Positions 1 through 12,600 of a stretch of 64,000 nt of DNA are shown here, in pieces. Position numbers and translations under genes: made by a program. How positions within the stretch are numbered: position 1 is the first letter of the stretch; each line of letters starts with the position of its first letter. The notes under the pieces are model-generated. The model was not told where the DNA came from. It did no database searches and saw only the letters and a program-made list of their open reading frames with translations. The stretch lies in contig BROI01000017.1 in assembly GCA_027923505.1 (NCBI GenBank), positions 496,001 through 560,000 of the forward strand, read 5' to 3'. Source of the stretch: Mayamaea pseudoterrestris (Eukaryota).

Positions 1-684
1 TCTTTTCACTCGCTTCTTGGAGAAAATGTTGGATCTAGAATATATCTTGCGCGCCCTTGAAGCGACACTAATGATTAAGCAGAACAGAGTCAATAAAACC
101 ACTTTACTTATTTTCTCCAAGAAGTGATCGTCCTCGATCCACTCCTTCGGTTGCCGCTTACCGCGCTTACTTAAATGTGACCGTCTTCGTGACGTCACCG
201 CTGCCGCTTCGGTTTGGGTTCTCATCCATGCTCAACACGTCGGATCGCTAGCGACGACAGACGATAGGCTATTTGCGACGCATTGGCCAGCTCGAAAAAA
301 GCGGAAGAAGCATCCTCGCCATTGATCAAAATGTTTGGAAAGATGAGTGGTTCTATGTCGGAGTTGTGGGCCATAACGGTGATTGGAGATACTTGATTTG
401 TCGTCGATGTAAACGAGCGAGTTGAATGATGGGCGGTGCATAATATATTATGGTCGACCGTCAATAAGAACAGTGTCGTTCCGGTATTTAGAGCATGCCG
501 TTGAGACATATTACAACGAACTGTGGTGCGACCTACCGGTACGTTGACGGTAGCCTATCCTCTGTCCAAACTCACAGTCAAACCAAGCTGAGCAATCCTC
601 AATTTACCTACTATAGGAAGCATCAGCATTGTTAGTGGTTACTTCAAAGTGAACCTTTCACTGGTAGGCAGGATGTGATTCAGC

Positions 685-3600
685 ACTGGTGACAAGTTGT
701 CACCAAAGACATTGCCATCCCCTGAGACACCAGCCAAGCTTACCATCTTGTAGCGCAGCCTGAAAAAGGATGTTGGCACCATTCTGGTGTAATTTGGCAC
801 CTACAGGGCCTGCTGTAGGGGCGTTTGAATGTCATGGCATCTGCGGGCTGAGACTGGTGACAAGTTGTCACCAAATATATTGCCATCCCCTGAGACACCA
901 GCCAAGCTTACCATCTTGTAGCGCAGCCTATATAATGATGTTGGCACCATTCTGGTGTGATTTGGGCACCTACCGGGCTTGCTGTAGGTGTGTCTGAAAG
1001 TCATGGCATCTGCAGGCAGAGACTGGTGACAAGTTGTAGCAAATACCATGCAGTCCCCTGAGACACCATCTGAAGGCTGGGACTGGTGACAAGTTGTCAG
1101 CAAATACCATGCAGTCCCCTGAGACAAAGCCAGGCATACCATCTTGTAGCGCATCCCATTTAATGATGTGGCACCATTCTGGTGTCATTTGGGTGTATCC
1201 ATGGCCTGCTGTAGGGGCATTTGAATGTCAAGGCATCTGCAGGCTGAGACTGGTGACAAGTTGTCACCAAATACATTGCCGTCCCCTGAGACAAATGCCA
1301 GGCATACCATCTTGTTGTGTAGCCTCAATTATGATGTTGGCACCATTCTGGTGTCATTTGGGTGTATACATGGCCTGCTGTAGGAGCATTTGAATGTCAA
1401 GGCATCTGCGGGCTGAGACTGGTGACAAGTTGTCACCAAATACATTGCAATCCCATGAGACACCCGCCAAGCTTACCATCTTGTAGCGCAGCTAGAAACT
1501 GATGTTGGCACCATTCTGGGGTAAGTTTGGCACCTACAGGGCCTGCTGTAGGGGCGTTTGAATGTCATGGCATCTGCAGGCTGAGACTGGTGACAAGTTG
1601 TCACCAAATACATTGCCATCCCCTGAGACACCAGCCAAGCTTACCATCTTGTAGCGCAGCCTATAAAATGATGTTGGCACCATTCTGGTGTAATTTGGGC
1701 ACCTACAGGGCCTGCTGTAGGGGCATTTGAATGTCATGGCATCTGCGGGCTGAGACTGGTGACAAGTTGTCACCAAATACATTGCCATCCCCTGAGACAC
1801 CAGCCAAGCTTACCATGATGTAGCACAGCCGGAAAAATGATGTTGGCACCATTGTGGTGTAATTTGGGCACCTACAGGGCCTGCTGTAGGGGCGTTTGAA
1901 TGTCATGGCATCTGTCGGCTTAGACTGGTGACAAGTTGTCACCAAATACATTGCCATCCCCTGAGACACCAGCCAAGCTTACCATGTTGTAGCGCAGCCT
2001 GAAAAATGATGTTGGCACCATTCTGGTGTAAATTGGGCACCTACAGGGCCTGCTGTAGGGGCGTTTGAATGTCATGGCATCTGCGGGCTGAGACTGGTGA
2101 GAAGTTGTCACCAAATACATTGCCATCCCCTGAGACACCAGCCAAGCTTACCATCTTGTAGCGCAGCCTAAAAAATGATGTTGGCACCATTCTGGTGTAA
2201 TTTGGGCATCTACAGGGCCTGCTGTAGGGGCGTATGAATGTCATGGCATCTGCGGGCTGAGACTGGTGACAAGTTGTCACCAAATACATTGCCATCCCCT
2301 GAGACACCAGCCAAGCTTACCATCTTGTAGCGCAGCCTGAATAATGATGTTGGCACCATTCTGGTGTAATTTGGGCACCTACAGGGCCTGCTGTAGGGGC
2401 GTTTGAATGTTGCAGCATCTGCGGGTTGAGGCTGGTGACAAGTTGTCACCAAATACATTGCCATCCCCTGAGCCACCAGCCAAGCTTACCCTCTTGTAGC
2501 GCAGCCTGAATAATGATGTTGGCACCATTCTGGTGTAAATTGGGCACCTACAGGGCCTGCTGTAGGGGCGTTTGAATGTCATGGCATCTGCGGGCTGAGA
2601 CTGGTGACAAGTTGTCACCAAATACATTGCCATCCCCTGAGACACCAGCCAAGCTTACCATCTTGTAGCGCAGCCTGAACAAGGATGTTGGCACCATTCT
2701 GGTGTAAATTGGGCACCTACAGGGCCTGCTTTAGGGGCGTTTGAATGTCATGGCATCTGCGGGCTGAGACTGGTGACAAGTTGTCACCAAATACATTGCC
2801 ATCCCCTGAGACACCAGCCAAGCTTACCATCTTGTAGCGCAGCCTGAATAATGATGTTGGCACCATTCTGGTGTAAATTGGGCACCTACAGGGCCTGCTG
2901 TAGGGGCGTTTGAATGTTGCGGCATCTGCGGGCTGAGACTGGTGACAAGTTGTCACCAAATACATTGCCATCCCCTGAGACACCAGCCAAGCTTACCATC
3001 TTGTAGCGCAGCCTGAATAATGATGTTGGCACCATTCTGGTGTAATTTGGGCACCTACAGGGCCTGCTGTAGGGGCGTTTGAATGTCATGGCATCTGCGG
3101 GCTGAGACTGGTGACAAGTTGTCACCAAATACATTGCCATCCCCTGAGACACCAGCCAAGCTTACCATCTTGTAGCGCAGCCTGAATAATGATGTTGGCA
3201 CCATTCTGGTGTAATTTGGGCACCTACAGGGCCTGCTGTAGGGGCGTTTGAATGTCATGGCATCTGCGGGCTGAGACTGGTGACAAGTTGTCACCAAATA
3301 CATTGCCATCCCCTGAGACACCAGCCAAGCTTACCATCTTGTAGCGCAGCCTGAATAATGATGTTGGCACCATTCTGGTGTAAATTGGGCACCTACAGGG
3401 CCTGCTGTAGGGGCGTTTGAATGTCATGGCATCTGCGGGCTGAGACTGGTGACAAGTTGTCACCAAATACATTGCCATCCCCTGAGACACCAGCCAAGCT
3501 TACCATCTTGTAGCGCAGCCTGAATAATGATGTTGGCACCATTCTGGTGTAAATTGGGCACCTACAGGGCCTGCTGTAGGGGCGTTTGAATGTCATGGCA

Positions 3601-6600
3601 TCTGTGGGCTGAGACTGGTGACAAGTTGTCACCAAATACATTGCCATCCCCTGAGACACCAGCCAAGCTTACCATCTTGTAGCGCAGCCTGAAAAATGAT
3701 GTTGGCACCATTCTGGTGTAAATTGGGCACCTACAGGGCCTGCTGTAGGGGCGTTTGAATGTCATGGCATCTGCGGGCTGAGACTGGTGACAAGTTGTCA
3801 CCAAATACATTGCCATCCCCTGAGACACCAGCCAAGCTTACCATCTTGTAGCGCAGCCTGAATAATGATGTTGGCACCATTCTGGTGTAAATTGGGCACC
3901 TACAGGGCCTGCTGTAGGGGCGTTTGAATGTCATGGCATCTGCGGGCTGAGACTGGTGACAAGTTGTCACCAAATACATTGCCATCCCCTGAGACACCAG
4001 CCAAGCTTACCATCTTGTAGCGCAGCCTATATAATGATGTTGGCACCATTCTGGTGTAATTTGGGCATCTACAGGGCCTGCTGTAGGTGTGTTTGAATGT
4101 CATGGCATCTGCGGGCTGAGACTGGTGACAAGTTGTCACCAAATACATTGCCATCCCCTGAGACACCTGCCAAGCTTACCATCTTGTAGCGCAGCCTGAA
4201 TAATGATGTTGGCACCATTCTGGTGTAATTTGGGCACCTACAGGGCCTGCTGTAGGTGTGTTTGAATGTCATGGCATCTGCGGGCTGAGACTGGTGACAA
4301 GTTGTCACCAAATACATTGCCATCCCCTGAGACACCAGCCAAGCTTACCATCTTGTAGCGCAGCCTGAATAATGATGTTGGCACCATTCTGGTGTAATTT
4401 GGGCACCTACAGGGCCTGCTGTAGGGGCGTTTGAATGTCATGGCATCTGCGGGCTGAGACTGGTGACAAGTTGTCACCAAATACATTGCCATCCCCTGAG
4501 ACACCAGCCAAGCTTACCATCTTGTAGCGCAGCCTGAATAATGATGTTGGCACCATTCTGGTGTACATTGGGCACCTACAGGGCCTGCTGTAGGGGCGTT
4601 TGAATGTCATGGCATCTGCGGGCTGAGACTGGTGACAAGTTGTCACCAAATACATTGCCATCCCCTGAGACACCAGCCAAGCTTACCATCTTGTAGCGCA
4701 GCCTGAATAATGATGTTGGCACCATTCTGGTGTAATTTGGGCACCTACAGGGCCTGCTGTAGGGGCGTTTGAATGTCATGGCATCTGCGGGCTGAGACTG
4801 GTGACAAGTTGTCACCAAATACATTGCCATCCCCTGAGACACCAGCCAAGCTTACCATCTTGTAGCGCAGCCTGAAAAATGATGTTGGCACCATTCTGGT
4901 GTAATTTGGGCACCTACAGGGCCTGCTGTAGGGGCGTTTGAATGTCATGGCATCTGCGGGCTGAAGACTGGTGACAAGTTGTCACCAAATACATTGCCAT
5001 CCCCTGAGACACCAGCCAAGCTTACCATCTTGTAGCGCAGCCTGAATAATGATGTTGGCACCATTCTGGTGTAAATTGGGCACCTACAGGGCCTGCTGTA
5101 GGGGCGTTTGAATGTCATGGCATCTGCGGGCTGAGACTGGTGACAAGTTGTCACCAAATACATTGCCATCCCCTGAGACACCAGCCAAGCTTACCATCTT
5201 GTAGCGCAGCCTGAATAATGATGTTGGCACCATTCTGGTGTAAATTGGGCACCTACAGGGCCTGCTGTAGGGGCGTTTGAATGTCATGGCATCTGCGGCT
5301 GAGACTGGTGACAAGTTGTCACCAAATACATTGCCATCCCCTGAGACACCAGCCAAGCTTACCATCTTGTAGCGCAGCCTGAAAAATGATGTTGGCACCA
5401 TTCTGGTGTAATTTGGGCACCTACAGGGCCTGCTGTAGGGGCGTTTGAATGTCATGGCATCTGCGGGCTGAGACTGGTGACAAGTTGTCACCAAATACAT
5501 TGCCATCCCCTGAGACACCAGCCAAGCTTACCATCTTGTAGCGCAGCCTGAATAATGATGTTGGCACCATTCTGGTGTAATTTGGGCACCTACAGGGCCT
5601 GCTGTAGGGGCGTTTGAATGTCATGGCATCTGCGGGCTGAGACTGGTGACAAGTTGTCACCAAATACATTGCCATCCCCTGAGACACCAGCCAAGCTTAC
5701 CATCTTGTAGCGCAGCCTGAATAATGATGTTGGCACCATTCTGGTGTAACTTGGGCACCTACAGGGCCTGCTGTAGGTGCGTTTGAATGTCATGGCATCT
5801 GCGGGCTGAGACTGGTGACAAGTTGTCACCAAATACATTGCCATCCCCTGAGACACCAGCCAAGCTTACCATCTTGTAGCGCAGCCTGAATAATGATGTT
5901 GGCACCATTCTGGTGTAATTTGGGCACCTACAGGGCCTGCTGTAGGGGCGTTTGAATGTCATGGCATCTGCGGGCTGAGACTGGTGACAAGTTGTCACCA
6001 AATACATTGCCATCCCCTGAGACACCAGCCAAGCTTACCATCTTGTAGCGCAGCCTGAATAATGATGTTGGCACCATTCTGGTGTAATTTGGGCACCTAC
6101 AGGGCCTGCTGTAGGGGCGTTTGAATGTCATGGCATCTGCGGGCTGAGACTGGTGACAAGTTGTCACCAAATACATTGCCATCCCCTGAGACACCAGCCA
6201 AGCTTACCATCTTGTAGCGCAGCCTGAATAATGATGTTGGCACCATTCTGGTGTAATTTGGGCACCTACAGGGCCTGCTGTAGGGGCGTTTGAATGTCAT
6301 GGCATCTGCGGGCTGAGACTGGTGACAAGTTGTCACCAAATACATTGCCATCCCCTGAGACACCAGCCAAGCTTACCATCTTGTAGCGCAGCCTGAATAA
6401 TGATGTTGGCACCATTCTGGTGTAATTTGGGCACCTACAGGGCCTGCTGTAGGGGCGTTTGAATGTCATGGCATCTGCGGGCTGAGACTGGTGACAAGTT
6501 GTCACCAAATACATTGCCATCCCCTGAGACACCAGCCAAGCTTACCATCTTGTAGCGCAGCCTGAATAATGATGTTGGCACCATTCTGGTGTAACTTGGG

Positions 6601-9600
6601 CACCTACAGGGCCTGCTGTAGGGGCGTTTGAATGTCATGGCATCTGCGGGCTGAGACTGGTGACAAGTTGTCACCAAATACATTGCCATCCCCTGAGACA
6701 CCAGCCAAGCTTACCATCTTGTAGCGCAGCCTGAATAATGATGTTGGCACCATTCTGGTGTAATTTGGGCACCTACAGGGCCTGCTGTAGGGGCGTTTGA
6801 ATGTCATGGCATCTGCGGGCTGAGACTGGTGACAAGTTGTCACCAAATACATTGCCATCCCCTGAGACACCAGCCAAGCTTACCATCTTGTAGCGCAGCC
6901 TGAATAATGATGTTGGCACCATTCTGGTGTAATTTGGGCACCTACAGGGCCTGCTGTAGGGGCGTTTGAATGTCATGGCATCTGCAGGCTGAGACTGGTG
7001 ACAAGTTGTCACCAAATACATTGCCATCCCCTGAGACACCAGCCAAGCTTACCATCTTGTAGCGCAGCCTGAATAATGATGTTGGCACCATTCTGGTGTA
7101 AATTGGGCACCTACAGGGCCTGCTGTAGGGGCGTTTGAATGTCATGGCATCTGCGGGCTGAGACTGGTGACAAGTTGTCACCAAATACATTGCCATCCCC
7201 TGAGACACCAGCCAAGCTTACCATGTTGTAGCGCAGCCTGAAAAATGATGTTGGCACCATTCTGGTGTAAATTGGGCACCTACAGGGCCTGCTGTAGGGG
7301 CGTTTGAATGTCATGGCATCTGCGGGCTGAGACTGGTGACAAGTTGTCACCAAATACATTGCCATCCCCTGAGACACCAGCCAAGCTTACCATCTTGTAG
7401 CGCAGCCTGAATAATGATGTTGGCACCATTCTGGTGTAAATTGGGCACCTACAGGGCCTGCTGTAGGGGCGTTTGAATGTCATGGCATCTGCGGGCTGAG
7501 ACTGGTGACAAGTTGTCACCAAATACATTGCCATCCCCTGAGACACCAGCCAAGCTTACCATCTTGTAGCGCAGCCTGAATAATGATGTTGGCACCATTC
7601 TGGTGTAATTTGGGCACCTACAGGGCCTGCTGTAGGGGCGTTTGAATGTCATGGCATCTGCGGGCTGAGACTGGTGACAAGTTGTCACCAAATACATTGC
7701 CATCCCCTGAGACACCAGCCAAGCTTACCATCTTGTAGCGCAGCCTGAATAATGATGTTGGCACCATTCTGGTGTAATTTGGGCACCTACAGGGCCTGCT
7801 GTAGGGGCGTTTGAATGTCATGGCATCTGCGGGCTGAGACTGGTGACAAGTTGTCACCAAATACATTGCCATCCCCTGAGACACCAGCCAAGCTTACCAT
7901 CTTGTAGCGCAGCCTGAATAATGATGTTGGCACCATTCTGGTGTAAATTGGGCACCTACAGGGCCTGCTGTAGGGGCGTTTGAATGTCATGGCATCTGCG
8001 GGCTGAGACTGGTGACAAGTTGTCACCAAATACATTGCCATCCCCTGAGACACCAGCCAAGCTTACCATCTTGTAGCGCAGCCTGAATAATGATGTTGGC
8101 ACCATTCTGGTGTAAATTGGGCACCTACAGGGCCTGCTGTAGGGGCGTTTGAATGTCATGGCATCTGCGGGCTGAGACTGGTGACAAGTTGTCACCAAAT
8201 ACATTGCCATCCCCTGAGACACCAGCCAAGCTTACCATGTTGTAGCGCAGTCTGAATAATGATGTTGGCACCATTCTGGTGTAATTTGGGCACCTACAGG
8301 GCCTGCTGTAGGGGCATTTGAATGTCATGGCATCTGCGGGCTGAGACTGGTGACAAGTTGTCACCAAATACATTGCCATCCCCTGAGACACCAGCCAAGC
8401 TTACCATCTTGTAGCGCAGCCTGAATAATGATGTTGGCACCATTCTGGTGTAAATTGGGCACCTACAGGGCCTGCTGTAGGGGCGTTTGAATGTCATGGC
8501 ATCTGCAGGCTGAGACTGGTGACAAGTTGTCACCAAATACATTGCCATCCCCTGAGACACCAGCCAAGCTTACCATCTTGTAGCGCAGCCTGAATAATGA
8601 TGTTGGCACCATTCTGGTGTAATTTGGGCACCTACAGGGCCTGCTGTAGGGGCGTTTGAATGTCATGGCATCTGCGGGCTGAGACTGGTGACAAGTTGTC
8701 ACCAAATACATTGCCATCCCCTGAGACACCAGCCAAGCTTACCATCTTGTAGCGCAGCCTGAATAATGATGTTGGCACCATTCTGGTGTAATTTGGGCAC
8801 CTACAGGGCCTGCTGTAGGGGCGTTTGAATGTCATGGCATCTGCGGGCTGAGACTGGTGACAAGTTGTCACCAAATACATTGCCATCCCCTGAGACACCA
8901 GCCAAGCTTACCATCTTGTAGCGCAGCCTGAATAATGATGTTGGCACCATTCTGGTGTAAATTGGGCACCTACAGGGCCTGCTGTAGGGGCATTCGAATG
9001 TTGCGGCATCTGCGGGCTGAGACTGGTGACAAGTTGTCACCAAATACATTGCCATCACTGTCTGAGAACCAGCCAAGCTTACCATCTTGTAGCGCAGCCT
9101 GAATAATGATGTTGGCACCATTCTGGTGTAATTTGGGCACCTACAGGGCCTGCTGTAGGGGCGTTTGAATGTCATGGCATCTGCGGGCTGAGACTGGTGA
9201 CAAGTTGTCACCAAATACATTGCCATCCCCTGAGACACCAGCCAAGCTTACCATCTTGTAGCGCAGCCTGAATAATGATGTTGGCACCATTCTGGTGTAA
9301 TTTGGGCACCTACAGGGCCTGCTGTAGGGGCGTTTGAATGTCATGGCATCTGCAGGCTGAGACTGGTGACAAGTTGTCACCAAATACATTGCCATCCCCT
9401 GAGACACCAGCCAAGCTTACCATCTTGTAGCGCAGCCTGAATAATGATGTTGGCACCATTCTGGTGTAATTTGGGCACCTACAGGGCCTGCTGTAGGGGC
9501 ATTTGAATGTCATGGCATCTGCGGGCTGAGACTGGTGACAAGTTGTCACCAAATACATTGCCATCCCCTGAGACACCAGCCAAGCTTACCATCTTGTAGC

Positions 9601-12600
9601 GCAGCCTGAATAATGATGTTGGCACCATTTTTGGTGTAATTTGGGCACCTACAGGGCCTGCTGTAGGGGCGTTTGAGAGTCATGGCATCTGCGGGCTGAG
9701 ACTGGTGACAAGTTGTCACCAAATACATTGCCATCCCCTGAGACACCAGCCAAGCTTACCATCTTGTAGCGCAGCCTGAATAATGATGTTGGCACCATTT
9801 GGTGTAATTTGGGCACCTACAGGGCCTGCTGGGGTTTGTTTGAATGTCATGGCATCTGCAGGCTGAGACTGGTGACAAGTTGTCACCAAATACATTGCCA
9901 TCCCTTGAGACACAAGCCAAGCTTACCATCCTGTAGCGCAGCCTATATAATGATGTTGGCACCGTTTTAGTGTAAATTGGGCACCTACAGGGCCTGTTGT
10001 AGGGGTGTTTGAATGTCATGGCATCTGCAGGCTGAGACTGGTGACAAGTTGTCACCAAATACATTGCTGTCCCCTGAGACACCTGCCAAGCTTACCATCT
10101 TGTAGCGCAGCCTGAAAAAGGATGTTGGCACCGGATTTGGTGCCGGGCCGTTTGAATGTCATGGCATCTGCGGGCGGAGACTGGTGACAAGTTGTCACCA
10201 AATACATTGCCATCCCCTGAGACACCAGCCAAGCTTACCATCTTGTAGCGCAGCCTGAATAATGATGTTGGCACCATTCTGGCTGTAGATGGCCGGCGTT
10301 TGGTGGCATCTGCGGGCTGAGACTGGTGACAAGTTGTCAAACCTGAGACATCAGCCAAGCTTACCATCTTGTAGCGCAGCCTGAATAATGATGTTGGCAC
10401 CATTCTGGTGTAATTTGGGCACCTACAGGGCCTGCTGTAGGGGCGTTTGAATGTCATGGCATCTGCGGGCTGAGACTGGTGACAAGTTGTCACCAAATAC
10501 ATTGCCATCCCCTGAGACACCAGCCAAGCTTACCATCTTGTAGCGCAGCCTGAATAATGATGTTGGCACCATTCTGGTGTAATTTGGGCACCTACAGGGC
10601 CTGCTGTAGGTGTGTTTGAATGTAATGGCATCTGCGGGCTGAGACTGGTGACAAGTTGTCACCAAATACATTGCCATCCCCTGAGACACCAGCCAAGCTT
10701 ACCATCTTGTAGCGCAGCCTGAATAATGATGTTGGCACCATTCTGGTGTAATTTGGGCACCTACAGGGCCTGCTGTAGGGGGTGTTTGAATGTCATGGCA
10801 TCTGCGGGCTGAGACTGGTGACAAGTTGTCACCAAATACATTGCCATCCCCTGAGACACCAGCCAAGCTTACCATCTTGTAGCGCAGCCTGAATAATGAT
10901 GTTGGCACCATTCTGGTGTAATTTGGGCACCTACAGGGCCTGCTGTAGGGGCATTCGAATGTTGCGGCATCTGCGGGCTGAGACTGGTGACAAGTTGTCA
11001 CCAAATACATTGCCATCCCCTGAGACATCAGCCAAGCTTACCATGTTGTAGCGCAGTCTGAATAATGATGTTGGCACCATTCTGGTGTAATTTGGGCACC
11101 TACAGGGCCTGCTGTAGGGGCATTTGCTGTCATGGCATCTGCGGCTGAGACTGGTGACAAGTTGTCACCAAATACATTGCCATCCCCTGAGACACCAGCC
11201 AAGCTTACCATCTTGTAGCGCAGCCTGAATAATGATGTTGGCACCATTCTGGTGTAATTTGGGCACCTACAGGGCCTGCTGTAGGGGCATTCGAATGTTG
11301 CGGCATCTGCGGGCTGAGACTGGTGACAAGTTGTCACCAAATATGCCACCCGGCTATCATGGCATCTTTTAGGCTGGAGACTGGTGACGAAGCGCTTACC
11401 ATCTTGTAGCGCAGCCTGAATAATGATGTTGGCACCATTCTGGTGTAATTTGGGCACCTACAGGGCCTGCTGTAGGGGCGTTTGAATGTCATGGCATCTG
11501 CGGGCTGAGACTGGTGACAAGTTGTCACCAAATACATTGCCATCCCCTGAGACACCAGCCAAGCTTACCATCTTGTAGCGCAGCCTATAAAATGATGTTG
11601 GCACCATTCTGGTGTAATTTGGGCACCTACAGGGCCTGCTGTAGGGGCGTTTGAATGTCATGGCATCTGCAGGCTGAGACTGGTGACAAGTTGTCACCAA
11701 ATACATTGCCATCCCCTGAGACACCAGCCAAGCTTACCATCTTGAAGCGCAGCCTGAATAATGATGTTGGCACCATTCTGGTGTAATTTGGGCACCTACA
11801 GGGCCTGCTGTAGGGGCGTTTGAATGTCATGGCATCTGCGGGCTGAGACTGGTGACAAGTTGTCACCAAATACATTGCCATCCCCTGAGACACCAGCCAA
11901 GCTTACCATCTTGTAGCACAGCCTGAAAAAGGATGTTGGCATCCTTCTGGTGTAATTTGGGCACCTACAGGGCCTGCTTTAGGGGCGTTTGAATGTCATG
12001 GCATCTGCGGGCTGAAACTGGTGACAAGTTGTCACCAAATACATTGCCATCCCCTGAGACACCAGCCAAGCTTACCATCTTGTAGCGCAGCCTGAAAAAT
12101 GATGTTGGCACCATTCTGGTGTAAATTGGGCACCTACAGGGCCTGATGTAGGCTGTTTGAATGTCATGGCATCTGCAGGCTGAGACTGGTGACAAGTTGT
12201 CACCAAATACATTGCCATCCCCTGAGACACCAGCCAAGCTTACCATCTTGTAGTGCAGCCTAAAAAATGATGTTGGCACCATTCTGGTGTAATTTGGGCA
12301 CCTACAGGGCCTGCTGTAGGGGCGTTTGAATGTCATGGCATCTGCGGGCTGAGACTGGTGACAAGTTGTCACCAAATACATTGCCATCCCCTGAGACACC
12401 AGCCAAGCTTACCATCTTGTAGCGCAGCCTGAATAATGATGTTGGCACCATTCTGGTGTAAATTGGGCACCTACAGGGCCTGCTGTAGGGGCGTTTGAAT
12501 GTTGCGGCATCTGCGGGCTGAGACTGGTGACAAGTTGTCACCAAATACATTGCCATCCCCTGAGACACCAGCCAAGCTTACCATCTTGTAGCGCAGCCTA

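Noticed and set aside
1..509. Minus-strand ORFs at the left edge (222-509, and an ORF from ATG 225 running off the window)
   Set aside because: Short, with no recognisable motifs. They may be part of a gene continuing outside the window but are unsupported here.
9055..11400. Scrambled or shortened monomers (about 9055, 9830, 10130, 10280-10345, 11340-11400)
   Set aside because: Clustered indels and garbled segments look like long-read consensus errors in a collapsed repeat. They cannot be treated as biology without raw reads.
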